Source of the DNA: Prasinococcaceae sp. CCMP 1430
Taxonomy: Eukaryota > Plantae > Prasinodermophyta
DNA: 64,000 nucleotides
Direction of reading: 5' to 3'
Assembly: GCA_013416795.1 (NCBI GenBank)
Contig: RQSC01000011.1
Coordinates: 174,721 to 238,720 of the forward strand
Positions 23,865 to 32,936 of this stretch are shown piece after piece (position 1 is the stretch's first letter; every line of letters starts with the position of its first letter). Made by a program: the position numbers and the translations under genes. The notes beneath the pieces are model-generated. The model did no database searches. It saw nothing but the letters and a program-made list of their open reading frames with translations, and was not told the origin of the DNA.

Positions 23865-24749
23865 CGGCTGCCCGGCGTGGCGCGCGCCGCCGACGCGGCC
23901 GCCGACGCCGTGCGCCGCCTGCAGGCGCGGCTGGCGTCGCGCCCGCCGCTGCTGGCGGAGCCCAGCCTGCTGCTGGTGGACCTCAACACGGGCGAGAGCA
24001 GCGAGCTCAACCCCAACGAGCTCGCCCGCGGGCCCTCGCGCGCGGACCGCATCGCCTCCGCCGTCTCGCTGGTCGGAGGGAGCGCCTGGTCGGGCGCCCT
24101 CTCGGCCCCGTCCTCCGCCGGCCAGGCGACGACGACGACGACGACGACGCGGGCGGGCGGGCGGGGGGCGCACTCGCCCCCCGCCGCCATGCGCGCGCTG
24201 CAGTACACGCTCATGGAGGAGCGCGAGGCGGTCGCCAAGGCGGCCGTGGCGCGCGCGGAGGCCGAGGCGCGCCGCGCCGAGGCGGAGACGCGCGCGGCCG
24301 ACGCGGAGGCGCGCGCGGCGGAGGCCGAGGCGCGCGCCGCGGCGCTGGCGGCCACGGTGGACACAGTGAGGCAGGCGGCCGTCGAGCGCGAGGAGGAGAT
24401 CCTCGGGGGCCTGCGCGAGGGGCGCCTGCAAGGGTCGGCGTCGCCGTCGTCGGAGCGCCCGCGAGGGTCGTCGTCGCCGTCGGCGGGGGAGGGTGGCGGA
24501 CAGGTGGAGGAGGCCCGAGCGGCGGCGAGCTCGGGCTCGACGAGCGCGTCCGCGGCCGACCAGTCCCCGCCGTCGGCGGCCAAGGGCAGCGGCGGCGCGT
24601 CCGTGCTCTCGCTCTCGGACGACGACGAGGAGGTGCCGACGAGCGGGAGCGCTGCGGGGCAGGACGCGAGCGCGGGCGGCGGGGGGCTGGGCGTGAGCGC
24701 CTCGCTCGTCAGCCCGGCCGAGCTGGTGCTGGGCGGCCGCGGCGGCTGA
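23865..24749 (+). CDS. C-terminal fragment of a hypothetical coiled-coil protein (5' end in gap)
   Basis: Open frame from the gap edge to TGA at 24747-24749, with strongly G/C-ending codons and an AEAEARRAEAE coiled coil. Confidence 0.6.
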   Translation, partial: RLPGVARAADAAADAVRRLQARLASRPPLLAEPSLLLVDLNTGESSELNPNELARGPSRADRIASAVSLVGGSAWSGALSAPSSAGQATTTTTTTRAGGRGAHSPPAAMRALQYTLMEEREAVAKAAVARAEAEARRAEAETRAADAEARAAEAEARAAALAATVDTVRQAAVEREEEILGGLREGRLQGSASPSSERPRGSSSPSAGEGGGQVEEARAAASSGSTSASAADQSPPSAAKGSGGASVLSLSDDDEEVPTSGSAAGQDASAGGGGLGVSASLVSPAELVLGGRGG

Positions 24750-24830
24750 CGCGACACTCTCGATATTATGTAATCACAGACCAACCCCTCCCTCCCCCCT
24801 CCCCCCTGCGCCCGCCCGCCGCCTCCCTCC

Positions 24831-25450
24831 TCACAGCCGCGCGCGCCCCGGGCGCTCCGCGCGCTCCACCGACTCGCGCGCGAGCTTGTCGATGCCGCTG
24901 CTGATGTGGTGGCCCACCTCGAAGTCGGCCCTGCGGCCGTAGGCGACCTCCGCGAGGCGGACGAGGATGGCGCTCGTGAGGCCGAAGATGACCGAGTCGC
25001 CCGCGGCGGGGTCCTCGAAGAAGTGCAGCGTCACGTGGCCGCTGGGCGCGCCGTCCCAGCGCAGCACCTGCGAGGAGTGGCCCTCGCGCGAGAGGAAGCG
25101 CGCGAGCGGCACCGAGAACACGCGGTCGACCTCGTCGGCGCACACGCGCGGCTCGAACGGCCGCGAGGCGCGCCCGGCGCACTCGTCCGCCGGCGGCGGC
25201 ACGACGGCGACGACGGGCGTCACCCACATGTGGCGGCTCTTCGCGAGCAGCGGCGGCAGCGTGCCCAGCACGGTCGCGCGCTCCGGCGGCACGCCCACCT
25301 CCTCGAAGGCCTCGCGCAGCGCCGTCTGCGCGGGCGTCTCGCCCGCGTCCGCCTTGCCGCCGGGCAGCGCCACCTCGGACGCGTGCGCGCGCATGTGCGG
25401 CGCGCGCACGGTGAGCAGCACGCGCACCACCTCCGAGTCGTCCGGCGCCG
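24831..25450 (-). CDS. Nudix CoA pyrophosphatase (NUDT7/PCD1-like) with PTS1 -ARL; 5' end lost at N25451
   Basis: CoA-Nudix signature LLTVRAPHMRAHASEVALPGG, Nudix box GGKADAGETPAQTALREAFEEVG, IFGLTSAIL, and C-terminal ARL*. Confidence 0.88.
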
Positions 25451-25451
25451 N

Positions 25452-26200
25452 CGGGCGAAACAGCCGCACTTACGGCCACCTTCATGCCGTCGGATGCGTC
25501 GGTGCACGTGGCCACTGCGACATGCGTCGTCGTGGGCTTGCCGAACGTGAGTTGCTCAATGCACATCAAGGGCATTGGCAAGTACCCCTACTTGTCGCTC
25601 GCCGGCGCCGAGGCCGACTTCGGCGAGGTGCTCGTCGGCCAGGTTGCTGAGCGCGAGGTGCGCCTCACAAACGTGGGCTTAGTCCCGGCGAGCTACTCGG
25701 CAGTGCGCCGGGACGGCGACGCCGGCGGCGCAAGCAGCGCGCCCGCCAGCGATTGCTTCTTCTCGCTTTCACCAGCGACGGGTACGCTGCTTCCCGGCGA
25801 GTGCGCGCCGCTGCGCGTAAGCTACGCCCCTAAGAGCGCTGGCACGTACTCGTGCGAGCAGTTCATGCTGCGCACAGCGGGGGCATGCACGACATCTGCG
25901 CTCTCAGTTTCGGGCACGGCTGTTGGGCCCTCGATGTCGCTCACGCCGTCGGTGCTGGACTTTGGCGATGTGCGCGCAGGCGACCACGCGTCAAAGGTGC
26001 TCCACGTACACAACAATAACAGGGACTCGCCAGCAACCTTCCAGTTGGCGCTGCCTGGGCAGGGCGTCTTCCGCCTGAGCAAAAGCACGGGGTTTGGCAA
26101 GGGACAATTTTCCTCGCCCGGCAGCGGCGTGTTGCCACCAGGCGGATCGGCGCACGTGACCGTCACCTTCGCGCCGGACTCGCCGGCAAACTTCATGCAG
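25452..26200 (+). other. CFAP65: Isolated internal fragment of a CFAP65/CCDC108-like flagellar protein (tandem ASH/Ig-like domains)
   Basis: Frame is open from the N: GETAALTATFMPSD..GIGKYPYLSL..DFGEVLVG..VRLTNVGLVPA..FSLSP..G.LLPGE..DFGDV..KVLHVHNN..TVTFAP. No start codon, and it stops abruptly. Confidence 0.65.
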
Positions 26201-26313
26201 ACGCACCACGCCGGGCGCGCGCGCTGACGGCGCGCTCCGCCTCCCAACCCCTGCCCGCCCCTCCTCGCCTCCCAACCCGCCCCTCCGCGCGGCACGACGC
26301 GACGGACGGACAG

Positions 26314-27498
26314 GTGCTGGTGGTGGGCGCGGGCGGCCTCGGGTGCGAGCTGTTGAAGGACCTCGCCCTGACGGGCTTCCGCAACGTGCACGTGATCGAC
26401 ATGGACACGATCGACGTGAGCAACCTCAACCGGCAGTTCCTCTTCCGGCCGGCGGACGTCGGGCGCGCCAAGGCGGAGGTCGCGGCGGCGCGCGTCAACG
26501 AGCGCGTGGCGGGCGCGAACGTGGTGCCGCACTTCTGCCGCATCGAGGAGAAGGACGAGGCGTTCTACAGGCAGTTCGCGCTGATCGTGCTGGGGCTCGA
26601 CTCGCTGGAGGCGCGCGCGTACATGAACGCGGTGGCGTGCGGCATGCTCGAGTACGACGAGGACGGCGACGTCGACCCCTCCACCATCAAGCCCATCGTC
26701 GACGGCGGCACGGAGGGCTTCAAGGGCCACGCGCGCGTGCTGCTGCCGGGAGTGACGCCGTGCTTCCACTGCACGCTGTGGCTGTTCCCGCCGCAGACCA
26801 AGTTCCCGCTGTGCACGCTCGCCGAAACGCCGCGCTCGGCGGCGCACTGCGTGGAGTACGCCAAGCTCATCCTGTGGACGCAGCAGCGGCCGGGGGAGAG
26901 CTTCGACGCCGACGACGCCGAGCACATGACGTGGGTGTACGAGCGCGCCAGGAAGCGCGCCGAGGCGTTCGGCATCCCGGGGGTGACGTACTCGCACACG
27001 CAGGGCGTCGTGAAGAACATCATCCCCGCCATCGCCTCCACCAACGCCATCGTGGCGGCGAGCTGCGCGCTGGAGGCGCTCAAGATCGCCACGTGCTGCT
27101 CGAAGGGCATGGACAACTACATGATGTACATGGGCACCGCGGGCGTGTACACGCACACGGTGGCGTACGAGCGCGACCCGGACTGCGTCGTGTGCTCGCC
27201 GGGCGTCGCGGTGCAAGCGCCCCCCGAGGTGACGCTGCGCGAGTTCGTCGAGCAGCTCAAGGCGGACGAGCGCTTCGCGGGCAAGCTGTCGAACCCCTCG
27301 CTCAGCTACGCCGGCAGGAACCTCTACATGGCCGCGCCGCCCGTGCTCGAGCAGATGACCCGCGCCAACCTCGACGCGCCGCTCTCGAAGCTGCTCGGCG
27401 ATGGCGCGGACGGCTCTGCGGCCATCAACGTCACCGACAAGAAGCTCGCCGGCGTGCTGCGCGTGCGCCCCTCGCTCGGCGACACGATGGAGAACTGA
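26314..27498 (+). CDS. UBA3: NEDD8-activating enzyme E1 catalytic subunit; first exon missing
   Basis: VLVVGAGGLGCELLKDL, DMDTIDVSNLNRQFLFR, DGGTEGFKGH, catalytic FPLCTLAETPR, NIIPAIASTNA and an E2-binding C-terminus. Begins at a 3' splice site (ggacag|GTG at 26313/26314). Confidence 0.95.
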   Translation: MLVVGAGGLGCELLKDLALTGFRNVHVIDMDTIDVSNLNRQFLFRPADVGRAKAEVAAARVNERVAGANVVPHFCRIEEKDEAFYRQFALIVLGLDSLEARAYMNAVACGMLEYDEDGDVDPSTIKPIVDGGTEGFKGHARVLLPGVTPCFHCTLWLFPPQTKFPLCTLAETPRSAAHCVEYAKLILWTQQRPGESFDADDAEHMTWVYERARKRAEAFGIPGVTYSHTQGVVKNIIPAIASTNAIVAASCALEALKIATCCSKGMDNYMMYMGTAGVYTHTVAYERDPDCVVCSPGVAVQAPPEVTLREFVEQLKADERFAGKLSNPSLSYAGRNLYMAAPPVLEQMTRANLDAPLSKLLGDGADGSAAINVTDKKLAGVLRVRPSLGDTMEN

Positions 27499-28519
27499 CG
27501 CAAGCGCGCGCGCGGGCGGGAAGGATGGTGGTGGTCTGTGTATTCCTCCGTGTATTATAGCATCCACAGCGAGCGGCCGCGCGCGCCTCCGCGCCGCCGG
27601 CGCGACCGCGCGCCAGCGCTCAGCGCCTCCCGAGCGCANNNNNNNNNNNNNNNNNNNNNNNNNNNNNNNNNNNNNNNNNNNNNNNNNNNNNNNNNNNNNN
27701 NNNNNNNNNNNNNNNNNNNNNNNNNNNNNNNNNNNNNNNNNNNNNNNNNNNNNNNNNNNNNNNNNNNNNNNNNNNNNNNNNNNNNNNNNNNNNNNNNNNN
27801 NNNNNNNNNNNNNNNNNNNNNNNNNNNNNNNNNNNNNNNNNNNNNNNNNNNNNNNNNNNNNNNNNNNNNNNNNNNNNNNNNNNNNNNNNNNNNNNNNNNN
27901 NNNNNNNNNNNNNNNNNNNNNNNNNNNNNNNNNNNNNNNNNNNNNNNNNNNNNNNNNNNNNNNNNNNNNNNNNNNNNNNNNNNNNNNNNNNNNNNNNNNN
28001 NNNNNNNNNNNNNNNNNNNNNNNNNNNNNNNNNNNNNNNNNNNNNNNNNNNNNNNNNNNNNNNNNNNNNNNNNNNNNNNNNNNNNNNNNNNNNNNNNNNN
28101 NNNNNNNNNNNNNNNNNNNNNNNNNNNNNNNNNNNNNNNNNNNNNNNNNNNNNNNNNNNNNNNNNNNNNNNNNNNNNNNNNNNNNNNNNNNNNNNNNNNN
28201 NNNNNNNCGCTCGCCGAGTGGCGGGCGCGGCGGCGCGCGGCAGCCGCCAGCGCCAGCCGCCGCGCCAAAATGCGCTCCCCCATTTCGCGCGCGCGCTCTT
28301 CCGCAGGAACGTATCGAAACGAACCCGCGCGCCCTCAGAAATTCAGAATCATCACCACGACCGCGAGTACGAACGGCCTCCCCACGGGAGAGCGATACCG
28401 CCGCATGTTGGGGTCGGGGGTTGTTGTTGGGGTACCGTGTGTATGCGTAGGGTTGTGAATCGCCATCAAACCGCATCCACACAGCGCGGCATTATCCGCG
28501 CACGGCCCGCTACGCGCGT

Positions 28520-30188
28520 GTGGCTGCGCAGGTGTTGGGCAGAGGTGTGTGTGGGGGGGGGGACGCCACAGTGACGCGCGGGGGCGGGTTGACCGGCGGA
28601 CGCGCGAGGGGAAGGGACGCGCGGAGCGCGGTCGCCCCGGGGGCGGAAGGGCGGACGGGGGACGCTCCATCGGCGCGCCGACCTCCCCCTCCCCCCGCGA
28701 CGGAGTGGCTGCGCGCGACGTGCCCCGGCGCCGCCGACGGCGCCGAGGCGCTGCACGCGCGCAAGTTCGCGCACGGCCAGAGCAACCCCACCTTCCTGCT
28801 GTCCCTGCGCGGCGCGCGAGGCCGCGAGCTGCGCAAGCTCGTGCTGCGCAAGCAGCCGCAGGGCAAGCTGCTGCCGCGGGCGCACGCGGTCGACCGCGAG
28901 CACCGCGCGCAGGCCGCGCTGAGCCGCGGCTCGGACGTGCCCGTGGCGCGCCAGCTGGCGTACTGCGCCGACAGGGAGGTCGCAGGCGCGCCCTTTTACG
29001 TCATGGAGCACGTGGACGGCACCGTCTTCCTGGATAGGAGCCTGCCGTCGCTCGCGCCGGAGCAGCGCGGCGCCGTGTACGCGTCGCTTGCGCGCTGCCT
29101 GGCGTCCATCCACTCTGCGGACGTCGAGGCGATGGGCATGGTCGACTACGGCCGCGCGGACGCGTACTGCGCGCGCACGCTCGCGACGTGGAAGCGCCAG
29201 TACCTGCGCGACTGGGGCAGCGACCCCATGCCGGAGATGGTGCGGCTCGCGGCGTGGCTGGAGCGCAACGCGCCGCCGGGCGCGAGCGCGCGGATGCCGA
29301 AGCCGGCGCTCATCCACGGCGATTACCGCCTGGACAACGTCATCTTTGGCCTTGGCGCCCGCGGCTCGGCGCCGGAGGCGCTCGCGGTGCTCGACTGGGA
29401 GCTGTCGACGCTCGGCGACCCGATGGCGGACTTGGCGTACCTGTGCATGACGCTGTACCACGCGCCGCCCGGCGAGGTCCCACAGCCCGGCCGCGGGCGA
29501 CTGGCGCCGCCGGAGGGCGCGCCCGCTGAGGCCGAGCTGGTGGCCCAGTACTGCAGGCTTCGTGGCGTGGCCGCGCCCGACGAGCGCGCGTGGACGTACT
29601 ACCTCGCGCTCGCGTGCTACCGCATGGCGGCCATCTGCGCGGGCGTGCACGCGCGCTCGAAGCGCGGCAACGCGAGCGCAGCCAACGCCGAGATGGTGGG
29701 CCTGGCGGGCAAGGCGTACGCGGCGTACGCCCTGGGACTCATCGACAGCGTGCCGCCGCGCAAGTGGTACCAGAGCGAGCGCTCCGCCGCGCTGCTCGCA
29801 CGCGTGAAGGCGTTCATGGACGAGCACGTGTACCCCGCGGAGAAGGAGTTCATGGCGGAGGACGCGGCGCGCGTGGGCGAGGCCCGCTGGCGGCCGTTCC
29901 CGCTCATGGAGGAGCTGAAGGCGAAGGCGCGCGCCGCGGGGCTGTGGAACCTCTTCATGCCGAGCGACACGCGAGACCTCATCGCGCCCGGCATCCGCGA
30001 GGCTGTGGACTGCGGGCCCGGCCTCACAAACCTCGAGTACGCGCCGCTGTCGGAGGCCATGGGCGCGTGCCCGTTCGCCCCCGAGGTCTTCAACTGCAGC
30101 GCCCCCGACACGGGCAACATGGAGACCCTGGCGCGGTACGGCACGCACGAACAGCAGGAGCGCTGGCTCAGGCCGCTGCTCGAGGGCA

Positions 30189-30219
<31 letters not shown>

Positions 30220-31048
30220 CGCGGTGGCATCCAGCGACGCGACCAACATGCAGGCGGTCTGCGCGCACGACGCCGCCACGGACCAGCTCGTGCTCAGCGG
30301 CCGCAAGTGGTGGGCGAGCGGCGCGCTCGACCCCAGGTGCAAGCTGGCCATCTTCATGGGGCGCGAGGCCGACGCGGAGGGAGACGCGGCCAGGGGCAAG
30401 GCCGCGCGCGAGCCGCACCGTCGCCACTCGATGGTGCTGGTGCCGCTGCCGCACCCGCGCGTCAAGATGCTGCGGCCGATGACCGTGTTCGGCTACGACG
30501 ACGCGCCGCACGGGCACGCCGAGGTGGTTTTTGACGAGGTGCGCGTCCCGGTGGACAGCGTGCTGCTCGGGCGCGGCCGCGGCTTCGAGATCGCGCAGGG
30601 GCGGTTGGGGCCCGGGCGGCTACACCACTGCATGCGGGTGGTCGGCCTTGGCGAGCGCTCGCTGGCGATGCTCATCGAGCGCGGCGCGCAGCGCAAGGCC
30701 TTCGGGCGAAGCCTGCTTGCGCTCTCGGCGGACAAGATCGCCGACGCGCGCGTGCAACTCGACATGGCGCGCATGGTGGTGCTGTCGGCGGCGGCGGAGC
30801 TCGACCAGCACGGCAATAAGCGCGCCAGGGGCCCGCTCGCCATCGCCAAGGTCGCCGCCCCGCGCGCCGCGATCAGCGCGATCGACGCGGCCATCCAGGT
30901 GTTTGGCGGGTGCGGCGTCAGCCAGGACGCCCACCTCGCGTACTTTTACGCGGGTGCGCGCACGCTGCGCCTCGCCGACGGTCCCGACGAGGTGCACCTG
31001 CAGACCATCGCCAAGGTCGAGGCCGCGAAGCACAAGGCGCGCCTGTAA
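28520..31048 (+). CDS. ACAD11: ACAD10/ACAD11 (IBR3)-like APH-kinase + acyl-CoA dehydrogenase with PTS1 -ARL
   Basis: GQSNPTF, HAVDRE, HGDYRLDN and VLDWELSTLGDPMAD (kinase-like domain); FNCSAPDTGNME, MTEPAVASSDATN, GRLGPGRLHHCMR and LADGPDEVH (ACAD); ends KARL*. True ATG is unresolved. Confidence 0.93.
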
Positions 31049-31101
31049 AACCGACAATTTTTCCAGCCGAGCGGAGCGTACGATACACGCTGCTCCTCAG
31101 C

Positions 31102-32220
31102 TCACTCGAAGTACTCGTTGGTGAAGATCGCCTCCGCGCGCACCTGGTCCCTGGGGATCCGCTCACCCACGTCGCCCGTTCGCAGCCCGTCCAGTGTCGC
31201 TGACTGGCCCTTGACCGGCTGCCGCGAGTTCGCGTACGTCGTGAGCAAGCCCTCTTTGTCCAGCCAGTCCAGGTACGCATTCCAGCGCTCGGGGGTCTGG
31301 CGCCCCCATTTGCCGTCGCCATCTAGGTACGCCGGCCCGAGCTTGCGCTGTGAGCGCACGCACATCTCGAGATCGAGACTGTCGTCGCCGCAGAGCTCGC
31401 GCGCGCCTTCCACGAGCTCGCGCGCTGCCTCCTCCGGATGCGCGGCCGCCCATTCATAGCCTTCTGCGGTGGCCGCAAGGAAGGCGCGCACGTCGTCCGC
31501 GCGCGCGTCAAGCGTCGCGGGCGCCGCGACGAGGCACGGCGAGCATGCGCGCGGTATTCCGAAGTCTTCGAGCACGAAGTAATTCAGCTTCTGATCGTCT
31601 CCGCTCATCTCGGCCTGCACGCCCTCCCAGCACGTAAATACCCACGTGGCGTCGGCCTCGCCCTTGAGAACGGTGTCCCACAGGCCAAGCATGGGCTCGA
31701 CACACTCCTCGTAGTCGCCCGTGCCGCCGTCGGCCTGGATGAGGCGCTGGATGATGCGCCCCTCGAAGCGTGCAGCATAGCTGGCGTACCGTTTCCCGTC
31801 GAGCTCGCGCGGCCGGGCGATGCCCTTACGCGCGGCGACCGCCGACGTGTTGCGCTGGCAGAGAGCAGCAACGGCGGTGAGCGTGCGCTCGCGCCGGCCG
31901 CTGGCGCCGCACGCAGGCAAGTTCCAGCCTACCACCCCCTCCGGCGAGTTCAGCGCAAAGGTCGCCTCTCCGGCGGACGCCAGGTCGCACGGCGTGACGT
32001 ACTTACCGCCATCGCCGCCGCTCGTGTAGCTGCCCTTATAGCGCGCGTCTGCCGCGGAGATTATCTCCACGGCGAGCCCCCTCTTCGCGTACATCCCACG
32101 CCTCGCGGCGACGAAGAACCCGGTATGGTTCGTGTTGGGCGTCCAGTCGAGCGCGACGACCACCGGCGCGCCGCCCCCACCACCACCGCCACAGCCTCCG
32201 CCACCACCCGCCGGGGCCAT
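31102..32220 (-). CDS. NMT1/THI5/ThiY-like (SsuA/THI5 family) thiamine-pyrimidine-precursor-binding protein, intronless
   Basis: LDWTPNTNHTGFFVA..G.YAKRGLAVEI, LDGKRYASY, GEADATWVFTCWEGV, SPCLVA, VRAFLAATAEGYEWA and W..Y..WL..EGL are the characteristic ThiY/NMT1-like pattern. Confidence 0.88.
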   Translation of the reverse strand: MAPAGGGGGCGGGGGGGAPVVVALDWTPNTNHTGFFVAARRGMYAKRGLAVEIISAADARYKGSYTSGGDGGKYVTPCDLASAGEATFALNSPEGVVGWNLPACGASGRRERTLTAVAALCQRNTSAVAARKGIARPRELDGKRYASYAARFEGRIIQRLIQADGGTGDYEECVEPMLGLWDTVLKGEADATWVFTCWEGVQAEMSGDDQKLNYFVLEDFGIPRACSPCLVAAPATLDARADDVRAFLAATAEGYEWAAAHPEEAARELVEGARELCGDDSLDLEMCVRSQRKLGPAYLDGDGKWGRQTPERWNAYLDWLDKEGLLTTYANSRQPVKGQSATLDGLRTGDVGERIPRDQVRAEAIFTNEYFE

Positions 32221-32936
32221 GGCGGCGCCCCACGCGCTCGCTCAGAGCCTACGCTGTGGCAGGAGCCCCCCTGCCGAGCCAGCCGGCGAGCACATCTGCG
32301 ATGGCCGTGGCTGCGGCGACACGTCAACGGCGCCCGTGCGGGCAGCACCACGTGGGTTTGTGCGGGCACCGCCACGTGCGCGTTGGGTGGCTCGCGCGCC
32401 ACCGTTACGCGTAATGCGGCCTGCGTGATACGCGCGGCGATGAGTGCGTGACCTCCGAGAGACGACAGATCGATGAAAGTGTGGAACTTCCGCACGAAGC
32501 TTCCGCGCGGGCAGCGTACGCGCGCGCGCGGGAGGAAAGGGGTGGGGAGTGCAGGGGCGCCACACTGCGCACGTGCCGCGCGCTACCTGCGACAGGGTCT
32601 ACGTGTTGAGGTGCGTGGGGAGGCGCGCGGGGGGGGGATCCGGAGAGCGCTCGTTCGGCCCTTACGGCGCCACCAAATGTGCTCCGCGCATTTTTTGGGC
32701 GCGCGCACGTTGGCAGACAGGCCCTCGCCTGCCACAAAACCCTTCGCGTTCCGCGGGCCTCGTCCCATGGGCGCGCGCGCGCGCGCGGCGATGGTTCCCG
32801 CGCGCGGCATGCCGGGTGTGCTGCTGACGCCGAGCGCTGGCCATTTCTCCAATGTGTGCCCGCCGCTGTCAGGCTTGCGTCCGTGCTTGCCCCGAGTTCT
32901 CTCATTTTAGCGGCCTTTTCTTCTCACGCACGGAGG

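Noticed and set aside
22721-24904. Long ORFs spanning N-runs (also 25822-28482, 55994-57954)
   Set aside because: They are artefacts of translating through gaps.
10726-27498. CUL1 and UBA3 (neddylation substrate and E1) in one window as a functional cluster
   Set aside because: They are 13 kb apart with several gaps and a suspected mis-join in between; both are housekeeping genes, so chance is adequate.
32230-32300. Second TPP riboswitch in the 5' region of the THI5-like gene (minus-strand GCCACAGCGTAGG)
   Set aside because: It lacks the upstream CTGAGA, ATACCC and TAATG elements in the right order.
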